Below are positions 1 to 10,754 of a stretch of 64,000 nt of DNA, piece by piece. Source of the DNA: Naegleria gruberi. Lineage: Eukaryota. Position 1 is the first letter of the stretch, and each line of letters begins with the position of its first letter. Position numbers and translations under genes: made by a program. Where the stretch lies: the NCBI GenBank assembly GCA_000004985.1, contig GG738909.1; one strand, 5' to 3'. The notes under the pieces are model-generated. The model was not told the DNA's origin. It saw only the letters and a list, made by a program, of their open reading frames with translations, and searched no databases.

Positions 1-60
1 TTTTATTGATTTCTGTGCCCAGTACAGTATGAGAGAATTGGCTGGTAGAGTTCACATATA

Positions 61-405
61 ATGAAAGATTTTGGACATAAACCAAATATACAACTCTTCA
101 ATATGCTAAATATGTACTTGAATGTTGGAAATTTTGAAAAAGCTCTAGAACTGTATAAAGAATTAAGAAATCAAGCCAATATTATCACTTGCAACATTCT
201 CATATCTGGATTAACTTTGAATGGGCAGGGTAAAGAAGCTATTAGGATATTCAAAGAAATGAATATAGCCCCTAATGGCACCACATTTGCTGCAGTGTTG
301 AATGCATGTAGTCATTGTGGATTAATTAAGGAAGGATTTCAAATCTATGAAAGTATGCAAACAAATCATGGTATTGAACCAGATGGTCGGACTTTTAATG
401 TTTGA
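61..405 (+). CDS. Pentatricopeptide-repeat (PPR) protein, C-terminal fragment. The gene is probably truncated by the window start, or its 5' exons lie upstream.
   Basis: The ORF translates to about three 35-aa PPR-like repeats (NIITCNILISGLTLNGQGKEAIRIFKEM...TFAAVLNACSHCGLIKEGFQIYESMQTNHGIEPD). An in-frame stop lies just upstream of the Met, so the true start or an intron is unresolved. Confidence 0.45.
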   Translation: MKDFGHKPNIQLFNMLNMYLNVGNFEKALELYKELRNQANIITCNILISGLTLNGQGKEAIRIFKEMNIAPNGTTFAAVLNACSHCGLIKEGFQIYESMQTNHGIEPDGRTFNV

Positions 406-426
406 CAACCAACCTACATTAAAAGT

Positions 427-1905
427 TATTGTAACCTTACAAAAAAACTATTATTGGAGAGATGGTGAACTTTGCTATTGTGGTAATTTCCCGCACTTTC
501 TATTTTCATTTTTCAACAACAAAAAAAACAAATCAAACAATTATTTAAATAATAATCTAAAACAATTGATAAGAAAGAAAATGTGTACTAATAATAATAA
601 TAATAATACTCTCACTGGTAAATTAATCATGAGAAAGAACAAGGAAGAAAGTATTGAAAAGGTTTTCCAATTAATTAATTTCGGAGGCTTGAATGAATCT
701 GTTAGAGAATTTGTTCAAGATTTGTCATCTGCTACTTCTTCTGATGAAGTGTTATTATCCACTTTCAAGATCAAGGCTATTGTTCCATCTTCTGAGAAGA
801 GAAAAACAATTTATATAATTAATAATGAAAATGATTTTTCTGAAATGATGAAATTAATTCAAGAAATTCCACAAGATAAACCAATTCTTTTCAGAGTAAT
901 GAAGAAGAAATTGAATCATGAAAAGAAGGAAAGAAAGGAAAAGAAAGAAAGAAAGGTCAAACTTCAATTGACTGAAGAACAATCTCAAAGTCTTTCCGAA
1001 AAGAAGCAACAAGTTGAATTATTGAAAGATGAAATTAAGATGAAGAAGGAACAAATCAAGACTATCAAATTTGAAATGAAATCTTTGAGAAAGTCATTCC
1101 ATCATGTCAATGTTAGCATTGACTCAAATGTTCCATCTACTATTAAGTCATCTCCAAACAAGGAAGAAAGACTTAAACTCAAACTTGAAAAGAAGGAAGA
1201 AAAGAAAGCTTTCAAATTGGAAAAGAAGTTACTCAAAGCTCAATACAAGCTTGAAAAGATTGCATTGAAGAAGCAAAGAAAGCAACAAGGAAATACTTCT
1301 ACTCAACCAGAAACTGTTTCAACTACCACAACTTCTAGTGAACCAACTGTTCCAATTAACGTACCTATTGTTGAACCAGTAATTGTTACTGTACCACCAG
1401 TTCAACAAGTAACAACTGAACCAGTTTCCAACAATGATGAGATTGTCACTCCAACTGTTGATGCAAGGCTCTTGTTGAAACTCCAAAAAAAGGAACAAAA
1501 GCATGCTTTGAAAATGGAAAAGAAACTTGAAAAACAAATAATCAAAGCTCAAAGAAAATTGGAGAAACAAGGTCAAAAGCAAGAGAGAAAGGAAAGAAAA
1601 TTGTTAGAAAAGCAACAAGTTACCACTCCTTCTCAAAATTAATATTAGTTTAGAATAATTTTAACAACTATCATCAGAGAACTATTCATCAATCGTAATT
1701 TCTCCCTCCACATTTGTTGTGTCTGAGAGAATGAATTGTGAAATAGATTTTACTGAGATAGTTTAATTGCACCAGTCAATCATGATATAGCTGGATTTAA
1801 GGATCATGAAACAAATCTAAACAATATCTTGTAAATAACAAAATAAATCAATGTTACACAATTGTATGGCAAGTTTTCTATTTATTGTGGGACTATTGTA
1901 AATAT
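427..1905 (+). repeat. Copy A of a roughly 1.5-kb segmental duplication. It is inverted relative to copy B at 30225-31714.
   Basis: About 95% nucleotide identity over 5' flank, CDS and roughly 260 nt of 3' flank, by eye alignment of reverse complements. The copies differ in (AAT)n length (6 vs 8 Asn codons) and a few substitutions. Confidence 0.8.
581..1642 (+). CDS. Lys/Glu-rich coiled-coil protein (about 353 aa) with a possible PB1-like N-terminal fold. This is duplicated gene copy A.
   Basis: ATG at 581 (MCTNNNNNN...) is in frame with track ORF 347..1642. The upstream extension of the track ORF is probably not coding. A near-identical paralogue lies on the minus strand at 30488..31555. 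Confidence 0.6.
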   Translation: MCTNNNNNNTLTGKLIMRKNKEESIEKVFQLINFGGLNESVREFVQDLSSATSSDEVLLSTFKIKAIVPSSEKRKTIYIINNENDFSEMMKLIQEIPQDKPILFRVMKKKLNHEKKERKEKKERKVKLQLTEEQSQSLSEKKQQVELLKDEIKMKKEQIKTIKFEMKSLRKSFHHVNVSIDSNVPSTIKSSPNKEERLKLKLEKKEEKKAFKLEKKLLKAQYKLEKIALKKQRKQQGNTSTQPETVSTTTTSSEPTVPINVPIVEPVIVTVPPVQQVTTEPVSNNDEIVTPTVDARLLLKLQKKEQKHALKMEKKLEKQIIKAQRKLEKQGQKQERKERKLLEKQQVTTPSQN

Positions 1906-1998
1906 GACAATGTACCAAAGGTTAGTTTAAAAAAAAGAAAACAAAGGTAAAGAAAAAGGAGTGAATACATTTATATTTCACACTTTAAGAAATTGAAT

Positions 1999-2116
1999 GG
2001 CTACGGCCATATCACGATGAATGCACCTCATCCCGTCCGATTTGAGAAGTTAAGCATCGTCGAGCCACATCAGTACTGAGGTTGGAGACAACTTGGGAAC
2101 CTGTGGTGCTGTAGTC
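1999..2116 (+). rRNA. 5S ribosomal RNA gene, copy 1 (118 nt)
   Basis: GGCTACGGCCATATCAC...GGTGCTGTAGTC. The 5' and 3' ends form helix I, and a TTTTTT RNA polymerase III terminator follows. Identical copies lie at 34416 and 45238. Confidence 0.85.
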
Positions 2117-2377
2117 TTTTTTCTTAAGAACAGAACTAAATGTAAGTTATCATATTCCTTCCGTTAAGTCTTGTCTTTTCACTCCTTAATTGCATATTTA
2201 TTTTGTAATGCGATCACACCGGCCAGAAATTTCATCATGAAAATTTTTTAGCCTTCAGAAAAAATTACTTGTCACCAAAACAAAAGAAAAATCAAGCAAA
2301 CTTGTTCACTCCAAGAAGAAGATCAAAGGTTAGCGATTTTGCAAGTGTAAATAAAGAGAACCAATAATAACAATAAC

Positions 2378-4228
2378 ATGAGAAAAAGAGAAGCATTGAT
2401 GGACGAGTTTTCCGATCCATCACCAAAGAAATTATTGGATGATGATGACGAGGAAACTTCTGATTTTATTGAACATAAGAAATCGACCAAGAAGAAGAGT
2501 AGTAGCAAGACAAAGAATCAACATAATAGAACATTCTCATCATCGAGTACGGGGAGTACAGGGAGTGGTGGTGGGGAAATGTAACTTTTGGATATGGAAA
2601 AAAGCAACAACACACAAGAACACAATCATCAACATCGAGTACAGGTTCTCCTGTTGGAGGAGGTTATCAATCATCGGGTATATATGATGGTGATTCCTCT
2701 CCTGTTGTTACATCAGATAATTATGATAATAATCGATTGAATTACTCTGCATCGAATAGTAATATTGATAAATACAAGGGAATAAGTTCAAGAGATATGG
2801 GAAAGGTTAATAGTATGCCATCAATTTCGGAATCATATGAAAATTCATCATCATCATCATACTCTAATGATCCACGTATTGGTACCATGAAGAATAATTA
2901 TTATGAACAGGCAAGAAAGAGACAAAACGAAGAGAGTGGTCCATACATTTTGCAAGTTATTGCCGATATGTTAAAGTATATTTATTCATCAATTACAGAA
3001 ACTGCCAATATTGGAGGATCTAGATTGACAAGTGCTGTCTCGGGAATGAATTTCAGACAGAATCAATCCAATGCAAACCCAAGAGCAGGAGGTGATTTCC
3101 CATCTCCAGAGATTTATTTAGAACCTGAAAAGAAGCAAATTTTGGAACAATTCAAAAAGTATTGCTCTAAAAAGTTCGATATTGAGAATGACAAGCATCA
3201 AAAACTGTTATTCTCACTCTACAAGTGTTGTACTCAGAAGAAGACTATTTTAACTGAGGGAGAACATTGGAAATTCTTGGGATTCCAAAACACAAAACCA
3301 GAAACTGGTAAGTAATCACTATTGTTCTTGTGTCATATTAATAATTATCTATTCAATCATGTTTCATAACTTTGCTTGTTCAATTTCATCAATAATTGGA
3401 TCGGAATAATTATTAATAACAGACTTTAGAGGAGCAGGTATTCTTGGGTTGAGAAATTTACTCTACTTCTCCAAACATTACAAGAAGAGATTCAAGAATT
3501 ACTTTGGAAAATGTACAAATGAGATTTCTGTCACTGATGATGGTACTTTCACAAGTTATCCATTTGTTATTGCTGGGTTGAATGTGACAATGTTGCTCTT
3601 GTCCTTCCTAGGTATTGGATTCCAAGCATCTAAGGTACATAATGTGACGGCCAAGAAGAATTTCATTGAACTTTTAACATCCGGAAGAGGAAAACCAGTT
3701 CTTGAAGAGGATGAAGACGAAGAGGAGGATGAAGATTCTACACCTGTAGTTACGGAAGGAACACTGCTTTCCTTTGATGACATTCCAGAACAAAAACCTA
3801 AAAAGAAGGGAATTAATATTTTGGATGATGAAATTTCACCTGTTGTGTGGGATAATAATTCTCTGTCGTGGGATGAACCAAATTCTGCCACTTCCTCGAA
3901 AAATGTTGCTGCTGGTAGTAATACTAAAAAGTCAACAGCTGGCACCAAGCTTGTTCCAGCTTCACCTGTAAAGATATCCCAAAAGACTGAAAAGAAGAAA
4001 AAGCCAAAGGCCAAGACTGAAACTCACCAATTTAATCTCGATCTTTTCAATGAAATGTATGTGGTCGGATTTACTTGCCTTCACAGAGAATGGCACAGAA
4101 CTAAGGCAACCTATTTTGATTTTGGACGTGTTCTTGATAATGCTCGTAAACATTTGGAAGATTTATTAGAATTGAGATTTAACAGTTTTGGAGATGTTAA
4201 GGAATTCAATCAATCATTGAAAAACTAA
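2378..4228 (+). CDS. ELMO/CED-12 domain protein. Model is join(2378..~2575, -1 frame change, ..3307, 3423..4228).
   Basis: ELMO signature WKFLGFQNTKPETG|DFRGAGILGLRNLLYF spans a GTAAGT...AG intron at 3308..3422 (115 nt), with phase verified. The 5' part switches frame near the G-run at 2566-2576 (see findings). Confidence 0.6.
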
Positions 4229-4341
4229 ACATTATTTTATTCTCTTCGTGATTTAACTCTTAACCACAAGCATGGACATGATTACTGACATGCTTTACAG
4301 CCTCATCATTTTGAAAGGAAATACGTTATTCGAACAAAACT

Positions 4342-4824
4342 TTATACACTCCTATTTACAGAATTTTCCAACCAATTCGAATTGGTGGAATCACAAATAC
4401 TCAACACCAAATATTCAAACTTGCTGAGCCATTTCATATTCAGGTGTTGTTTCCTTATTTTCTGAACAACATTTCGGTAGTGCAATGAACGAGCATTCTG
4501 TTTCTGTTCTTCCCTATCAACGTGCGTGTGTGAAGAATTCCTTCTCGTTGTCGTTTTTGTGGCCTTTCCTTTCGTCCAGTGCATGGCCAATAATCGTTTG
4601 ATGAGGATTTGTTCGAGTCTTGATGAGTGCTGTTGCTGTTTGATTGGCAAGTATGTTGCATCTGTTGATAATCTCCTTTCCAACTCTAAATCTTCGTCTG
4701 GATGTGATGAAAAGTTTTGTTGATGAGGACCTAGTTGAGTTGTGTGAATACTAATAGGAATTTCCATTACACTACTATCTTCCTCTTGTTGTTTAACAAT
4801 GGGACTAGTTGTTTCTATGGCCAT
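4342..4824 (-). CDS. Hypothetical protein (160 aa)
   Basis: ATG-initiated ORF with no recognisable domain. Confidence 0.3.
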   Translation of the reverse strand: MAIETTSPIVKQQEEDSSVMEIPISIHTTQLGPHQQNFSSHPDEDLELERRLSTDATYLPIKQQQHSSRLEQILIKRLLAMHWTKGKATKTTTRRNSSHTHVDREEQKQNARSLHYRNVVQKIRKQHLNMKWLSKFEYLVLSICDSTNSNWLENSVNRSV

Positions 4825-5132
4825 AAATTCGAGATTTTCTTTTTAGTAATTTAATTTTGCAAGTCTCAGCTTGTTGAGGTATTTAAGGGAATTTCCAAAT
4901 ATGAACATCCCACTTGATGCCTCAATAATTAACAAGCAATGAAATGGCCATTATCAAGGATGCCCTGATGGACCATCTACTCCCTAATGGATCCGTTGCA
5001 AAACATGATGGCATTTTAGTTATCCGTTGAACATCAGATGCATTCAATGATTGGCATTTGATTTCATTCTCTCAATTGACTAGAAAATTGATAGAATTAG
5101 ATAATTGAAAACATTAAGTAATCTGATATGCA

Positions 5133-5615
5133 TCAAAGTTTGTGTTTTTGTTTTATTGAATGAGCATGTGATGGAAATGTCGAATCAAAGAAATCTTCAA
5201 TAAAAGTGACATGTAAGGCGTCATTCTTTTCTTCATGGTTTGGATGGTTAGGAAAATGATATTTGGATAATCTATGTTGGAGAAGAGCTGTCTTGAATTC
5301 TCTCTCTATTTCTTTGAGGGTTGATTTTGACATTTGATTGAGGAAAGTGTCAAGTGATGATGTGTTGGCATCAAATCTAGTTTTGATGTAATATTGTACA
5401 GTGTAGTGTCGCCACAGGGTTGGGTTACTTCTTTCAATTTCGTCTATTAGTAAAGAGTGATGTTTCACGATGAGATTCGAACTGATTTCGTCGGCACTAT
5501 TCGAATCTGAAATGCCACCATTCTGTTCTATCGAATAGTGTCCATAATGTTTCATCAGATTGGAAATCTGTTCATTCGATTCCTCATGATGGCAGTTAAC
5601 ATGCTTATTTCCCAT
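5133..5615 (-). CDS. Hypothetical protein (160 aa) with an N-terminal MG motif, a possible myristoylation site
   Basis: ATG-initiated ORF with no recognisable domain. Confidence 0.35.
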   Translation of the reverse strand: MGNKHVNCHHEESNEQISNLMKHYGHYSIEQNGGISDSNSADEISSNLIVKHHSLLIDEIERSNPTLWRHYTVQYYIKTRFDANTSSLDTFLNQMSKSTLKEIEREFKTALLQHRLSKYHFPNHPNHEEKNDALHVTFIEDFFDSTFPSHAHSIKQKHKL

Positions 5616-7481
5616 TGTTGTTTAGTTTTTTTCTATTGGGAATTTAAAAATTTTAAACATTCAACATCTAACAAAGGAGAACGAAAGTTGATTCATTGTT
5701 AGAAATGGATTCAAACAGTATTGCTTTGGTGTATCTGGATTGAAAGAGCTACATCTCTTTGATGACTATTTTTGGAAAGAATCAATAAAAGGCAATTTTT
5801 GATAGTAGGCGAAACTTTTAAACCCTATTCGAAATGAAGTGTCACATTGAAATTCATGACAACCCCCATCTCTGCTCCAAAAACATTTTGAAATATGTTG
5901 AGAATAATAAAATTGGAAGAAAATCGACAAAAATTTCAAATAGAAATTCGAAATTGATTTCTTTTCATTCTCTAAATGGTGTGTAAAAGATTTCAAAATG
6001 CTGATGAGATTGATTGAAATGGTTGTTGAGCATTAAAAATGCTATTCATTGTTCATGAATTTGCAATCTTGTTCAATTGGCAAGTTTACAATAATTTTGA
6101 TAAGAATTTAAATAGAATTTACATACACAGAAATATTATTTATTGAATGATTCTAATCTAGTACGAGAATTGAAACTTTCCCTTACGAGTTTGCTAATTT
6201 TCTGCTCCAAATCCAAATATTGAAATTTTCACATGCACTACTGTATGAAAATCCAAAAAAATTTACAACACATGCACGCATGTGAATGATCCTATCACTG
6301 CTTTCCAATCCCTTGAAAGGTTTTACATCCACACGTCTACACTTTTCCTATCAAATTTCATCAATTCTACTCATTTTCATCATTTTCAATAAAATTCCTC
6401 TCTTGTTTGCGCATGTAAAATTCAAAAAATTCAAAAAATTGGAAAACAGCAAAAGAAAACAAAAGAAAATTAAACATTATCAACTTGGAAGGAAATTTTT
6501 ACATTGTTCGGATCGTAACGTAATTGTCCTTGCATGGTTCTCTTCTCTCTTCGATGGAGAATATAGAAAACCAAAGCACATGGACAACAAAAGATGAAGA
6601 GCAATACCCAGACCCAAAATGGAAACTTTTCAATGTGTCCAAGGAATTTTCCCCTCTGTGCATTGGTGGTGGATGAAGCCATGATGATGATGTGATTCGG
6701 TCTAGCAATTGAGTGGAAAGTGGTTTGATTTTTTTTTTACTGAATTTTTGTTATGATTGACGAGTGAAGTGATGTGAAATGTCATTATAGGCATAATGAA
6801 TGATTCGGATAACCGAACTGTTTATTGGATGACACAATGTTAGATTGTTACCATGTTTGATTCATTAAATATATAATTGCAAAGAAGAAAGTACTATATT
6901 CGTCAACTCTTTTTTGTCCATAGCAAAGATGCATCGATATTAAGCCAAATGCAGAATGAAGAAAGTTTATTCAATGGAATATCACAGCAAGGCAAACAAC
7001 AAGAAAGTGAGTTACGCAGTCGAGACTCTAAGGTTTTGTTTCATTGACATTCCAAGACTTCCTCAACTTGGCGGAGACATGCTGGTGAATCCAACAAGAA
7101 ATGCCAAACTTGGAATATTCCGCGTATTGGTGAACTTATTCTCCTTAATAACTCGACTAGTATCATTTAAGGATGTGCATATATCCAATTTTATCCATCC
7201 TTAGCCCGCCTTTTTTTGCCGCCATTTAGCATTACCAAATCAAAAAAAAACTAAGGGATTCATCCTCCGTAGAGAACAATTTGCTGAATCAAAGGACCAA
7301 ACAAACAATTAAACTTTCTCAATAAAGTATACTTTAAAAAACAAACAAAAGTTATTAAGAGCATTAATATATTAGCTTCATCACACTAATATATTACTAC
7401 GCCTCTCATTATATATATATTAATTGTAATAAGCATCATTATCAAGAAAATTAAATAATATCTTTCTATTAAGGAATAATT

Positions 7482-9043
7482 ATGAAGGTATTGAAAAGAT
7501 GGATCAAGATGATACCCTCCGAGTCTTCCAATCAATGTGAATGTTGTTGTACGTTTGATAGTAGCAAGGGAAATAGTAAGAGTGTTCTTCCGGTGATGGA
7601 AAGCACTTCCAGTGCATCTTGTTATCGAGTCTCCTTTGATGATATGTTGTGTGAAGATGTCATTGTTATAATTTGTTCCTTCTTGGGAGCAGAGGAGTTG
7701 TGGAATAATACTAGAAGGGTGAATACGAGTTTTAGAAATCAAACAATGAAGGATAGATTGTGGAAGGAACTGTATCATTTGAGGTGGGGCAATTTGAATG
7801 AATCTCTTGTTGTCAATTCATGTGTCTATCATCAGCAGATTGAGGCATCAATTCCTTGGTGGCAGATATACATGCAAAGGTTTGTACTGTTTTTCACTAT
7901 CTTGTTAACAAATTATCTTTTGATTTTTCACATAGACACAAATGGTTATCGTTCGAGTTTAATACATTGGAAAGAAAGTGTCCAACACTGAATGTGATGG
8001 AGGAACTGTTCTGCTCTGTGAATTGTCTGGAAAGTGGGATGGCATTCTATGAGAGATTACACTCACTTGGCAAAATCGCAAGCGAATGTGGTCTCCACTT
8101 GATTTCACAGCAACAAACAAAGAATACCAAGTCACAAGCTTCCACCAATCCACTGTATACAGTCCCTAAATCCAATGTTGAAGAATGCGTCATGTTTTGT
8201 AAACTATTCCTCAAGGCCTATTATGGAAAAGCAACAAGTTATGTTCAAGGTCCCAGCAGACTTTTCTCTGCCTTACTAAATTTGCAAGTGATCTTTTTAC
8301 TAGTCCAATCGTATTCTATAAGTGGAGAATACGACAAGACAATTGCCTACTCGACAGAGTGTTTGGATGGCATCCACACTATTAAGCAACAATACTCATC
8401 AGAATCGACAAGCTCTGATGAGCTTATGATGAGTAAGATTGAGGAAAAGTGCATCTTCTACAGAGGTTACTCATCCCACAAGTTGGGACTCTTCACTCAA
8501 GCAGAGAGGGATCTTGAGGTGGCAGAATCCGTGTACTCCGTTTCATCATGTGCACAAGAAGAGTACTGCTCCCCAATAAGAGAAGGTACCATTAACAATT
8601 CGAGAAAGTACTACCACCTCATGAATATTCAATTCACACTCATTAATAACCATATCAAACTGAAACAATTCCAACAATCTTTAGAGTATTTCATCAAATT
8701 GATTTCACTCATGAGAAGTGCCACAGATAGCCAGCAAATCATTGGAAAGTCTTCCATAACCATTGAATCAATGGATGAGAAATCATGGAACCTACTCAAT
8801 TTGTGGTTTCCTGGATTGCCATACTTTTTCCTTGCTGAATTTCTTTACAAACAACAGGACTACTTGTCCTCCAACATTCTCTTTGAGAAATATAGCAACT
8901 ATGAGCAAGGAAGAAAGCTTTCCGTGCATAAGCATCAAAAACAAACACCACCATCCAATCCTTCCAAAGATAAGCAATTGGTTCATGCCATGAGCAGAAT
9001 TAATCAAATAAATTCTGTCATCCAAAGTGATCAAGAATATTGA
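7482..9043 (+). CDS. F-box protein. Model is join(7482..7879,7936..9043).
   Basis: F-box motif VIVIICSFLGAEELWNNTRRVNTSFRNQTMKDRLWKELYHLRWG. A 56-nt intron (AG|GTTTGT...CATAG) joins track ORFs 7482..7991 and 7856..9043 in phase. Confidence 0.65.
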
Positions 9044-9078
9044 TCCACAGAAGTATTTATTCCAATATATAATATTAA

Positions 9079-9743
9079 TTAATGTTTTTCAGAGAGACGA
9101 CGAATAGGTTGATGCTTGGCATGTTGAGCTTGAGCAATTGATTCAATAGTTTTGGTCAAATAGTCCAAACTTGTTGTGATATTTTGTTTTTCATCATCAC
9201 TACTAGATCCATAATTATTCAATTGTGTTACATAGAAATTCAAATGATCTTGAGGTGACTTGACAAGTAAATCAACCAATTTACTTTCATCATTCTCAGT
9301 CAACCACTTTTTATAAGCATCATTTGTTTGTTTTTCTCTTTCCAAATAGGAAAGAATTTTAGGAACTGAACTATAATATTGTTTATAAGGAGCCAACAAT
9401 TGTGATGAAACAGTTGAAAATAACGATCCAAATCCTGCATAATTATTCTTATTGGAAAAATCTTCCAATCTTGTCAAGGTGAAATGATGTAATTTTGTAA
9501 TAATATTTAAACTACTAGAAATATTATGAAGATAATTTTCTTCTTGATGATGTTCTTCGGATTGATGACAAACGGAATGAACAAGAGGTGAAGATTCCTC
9601 ATCAGCGAGTGGTAATAAATATTTCTAATAATATTTAGGATAAATCTTGGTCAATTAATATTGAAACTAACCTGTATCAAAGTATTGAGTTGATCAATGT
9701 AGGACTTTTCGGCTTGAATCAAAGTTTGGACAATTTCTGACAT
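9079..9743 (-). CDS. Small Dbl-homology (RhoGEF)-like protein of about 205 aa. Model is complement(join(9079..9624,9672..9743)).
   Basis: Exon 1 (MSEIVQTLIQAEKSYIDQLNTLIQ) looks like a DH-domain start, followed by a 47-nt GTTAGT...TAG intron. A later DH-like block is LVDLLVKSPQDHLNFYVTQLNNY. Phases were checked. Confidence 0.5.
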
Positions 9744-9972
9744 TTTTTATTGGTTTTACTTTGTCATAAATCAATGTCAAATTTACAGAGCACCATTTTA
9801 GTGTTTTGGAGATAAAAATAATGCCAATAGATGTAATATCAAATTATTATTATTTTGTAATTCGTTCAACAAAAAACGTTAAATGATGAATTATTAGTTT
9901 TTTGTAACAATGCTAAAGCACAGTTGTTATGTAGACTGTATAAGTAGAGCATAGATTCAATCAACATGTATA

Positions 9973-10044
9973 TCCCGTGTAGTCCAATGGCTAGGATACC
10001 TGGCTTTCACCCAGGAGGTCCGGGTTCAATTCCCGGCATGGGAG
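9973..10044 (+). tRNA. tRNA-Glu (anticodon TTC)
   Basis: Cloverleaf: acceptor TCCCGTG/CATGGGA, anticodon loop CTTTCAC, T-arm GGTTCAATTCC. Confidence 0.85.
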
Positions 10045-10269
10045 GATAATTTTAGGTTTTGCCTTATTAATTTAAAGTGGGTTTGTCCAAACTACAGTTG
10101 TGTGTTTAAATTTTATTCAAATGAACAGAAATCCCCAGAACCTCAGAGTTCAGATATCGCAAACATGGATGATAGATAGCAAGACCAAATCTTGCCAAAA
10201 ACATTTTCACCTTAATAGGGATGTGCTCGGCAGGTCCTTATATACAAAATCCCCCTTTAGTCCATTAAA

Positions 10270-10578
10270 TTGTCCAAACTGATTCAGTTTCTGAATAACA
10301 AAAACAAAATGAGAGCATTTGTGATTGTAGACGAAACCTCTAAAACCAAAGATCGATGCAGCAACCCACTCCCAAAGACAAAAGCACCCAACAAACGAAA
10401 AGCCACCCAACAACCAGATTATTGTCACAACATCTTTCAGTGGCATTCGGCACCCTCTAACTCGATGGTAAATAATTTCAACAACAGCAGAGAATCTACC
10501 ATGATGCATTCCAAATATCTTCCCAACAATGATGATACCTATTTTGATGACTTGTGGGAAGCATTCATGAATGATTAA
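10270..10578 (+). CDS. Hypothetical small protein. An overlapping antisense ORF at 10207..10509 (-) encodes a putative TM peptide. Which strand is coding is unresolved.
   Basis: Two overlapping ORFs of about 100 codons on opposite strands, with no homology signal. Confidence 0.2.
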   Translation: MSKLIQFLNNKNKMRAFVIVDETSKTKDRCSNPLPKTKAPNKRKATQQPDYCHNIFQWHSAPSNSMVNNFNNSRESTMMHSKYLPNNDDTYFDDLWEAFMND

Positions 10579-10754
10579 TTATATTGCTTCATTCTCAATA
10601 ATAAACTTTCCAAAGTAAGCAAAGCAGTTGTTGAAATTACCCAATCTTCAAGATTCTCCGGATTACTAAACTCAATAAAAGACAACAACTCTCTTCTCCA
10701 ATTTCACAAAGTTGCGCTTTTACGAAACGAAAAAAAGTAAGAACGGAGCAAATA

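Noticed and set aside
347-580. 5' extension of the track ORF 347..1642 (MKVCKQIMVLNQ...)
   Set aside because: Low-complexity, UTR-like sequence. The paralogue at 31555 starts at the MCTNN Met, and similarity between the copies covers this region as non-coding flank.
6286-7400. Small ORFs in the 6.0-7.4 kb AT-rich region (for example 6470..6682 -, a TM-like peptide, and 6956..7204 +)
   Set aside because: Short, isolated, in very low-complexity DNA, with no motif support. Treated as intergenic, although a small membrane protein cannot be excluded.
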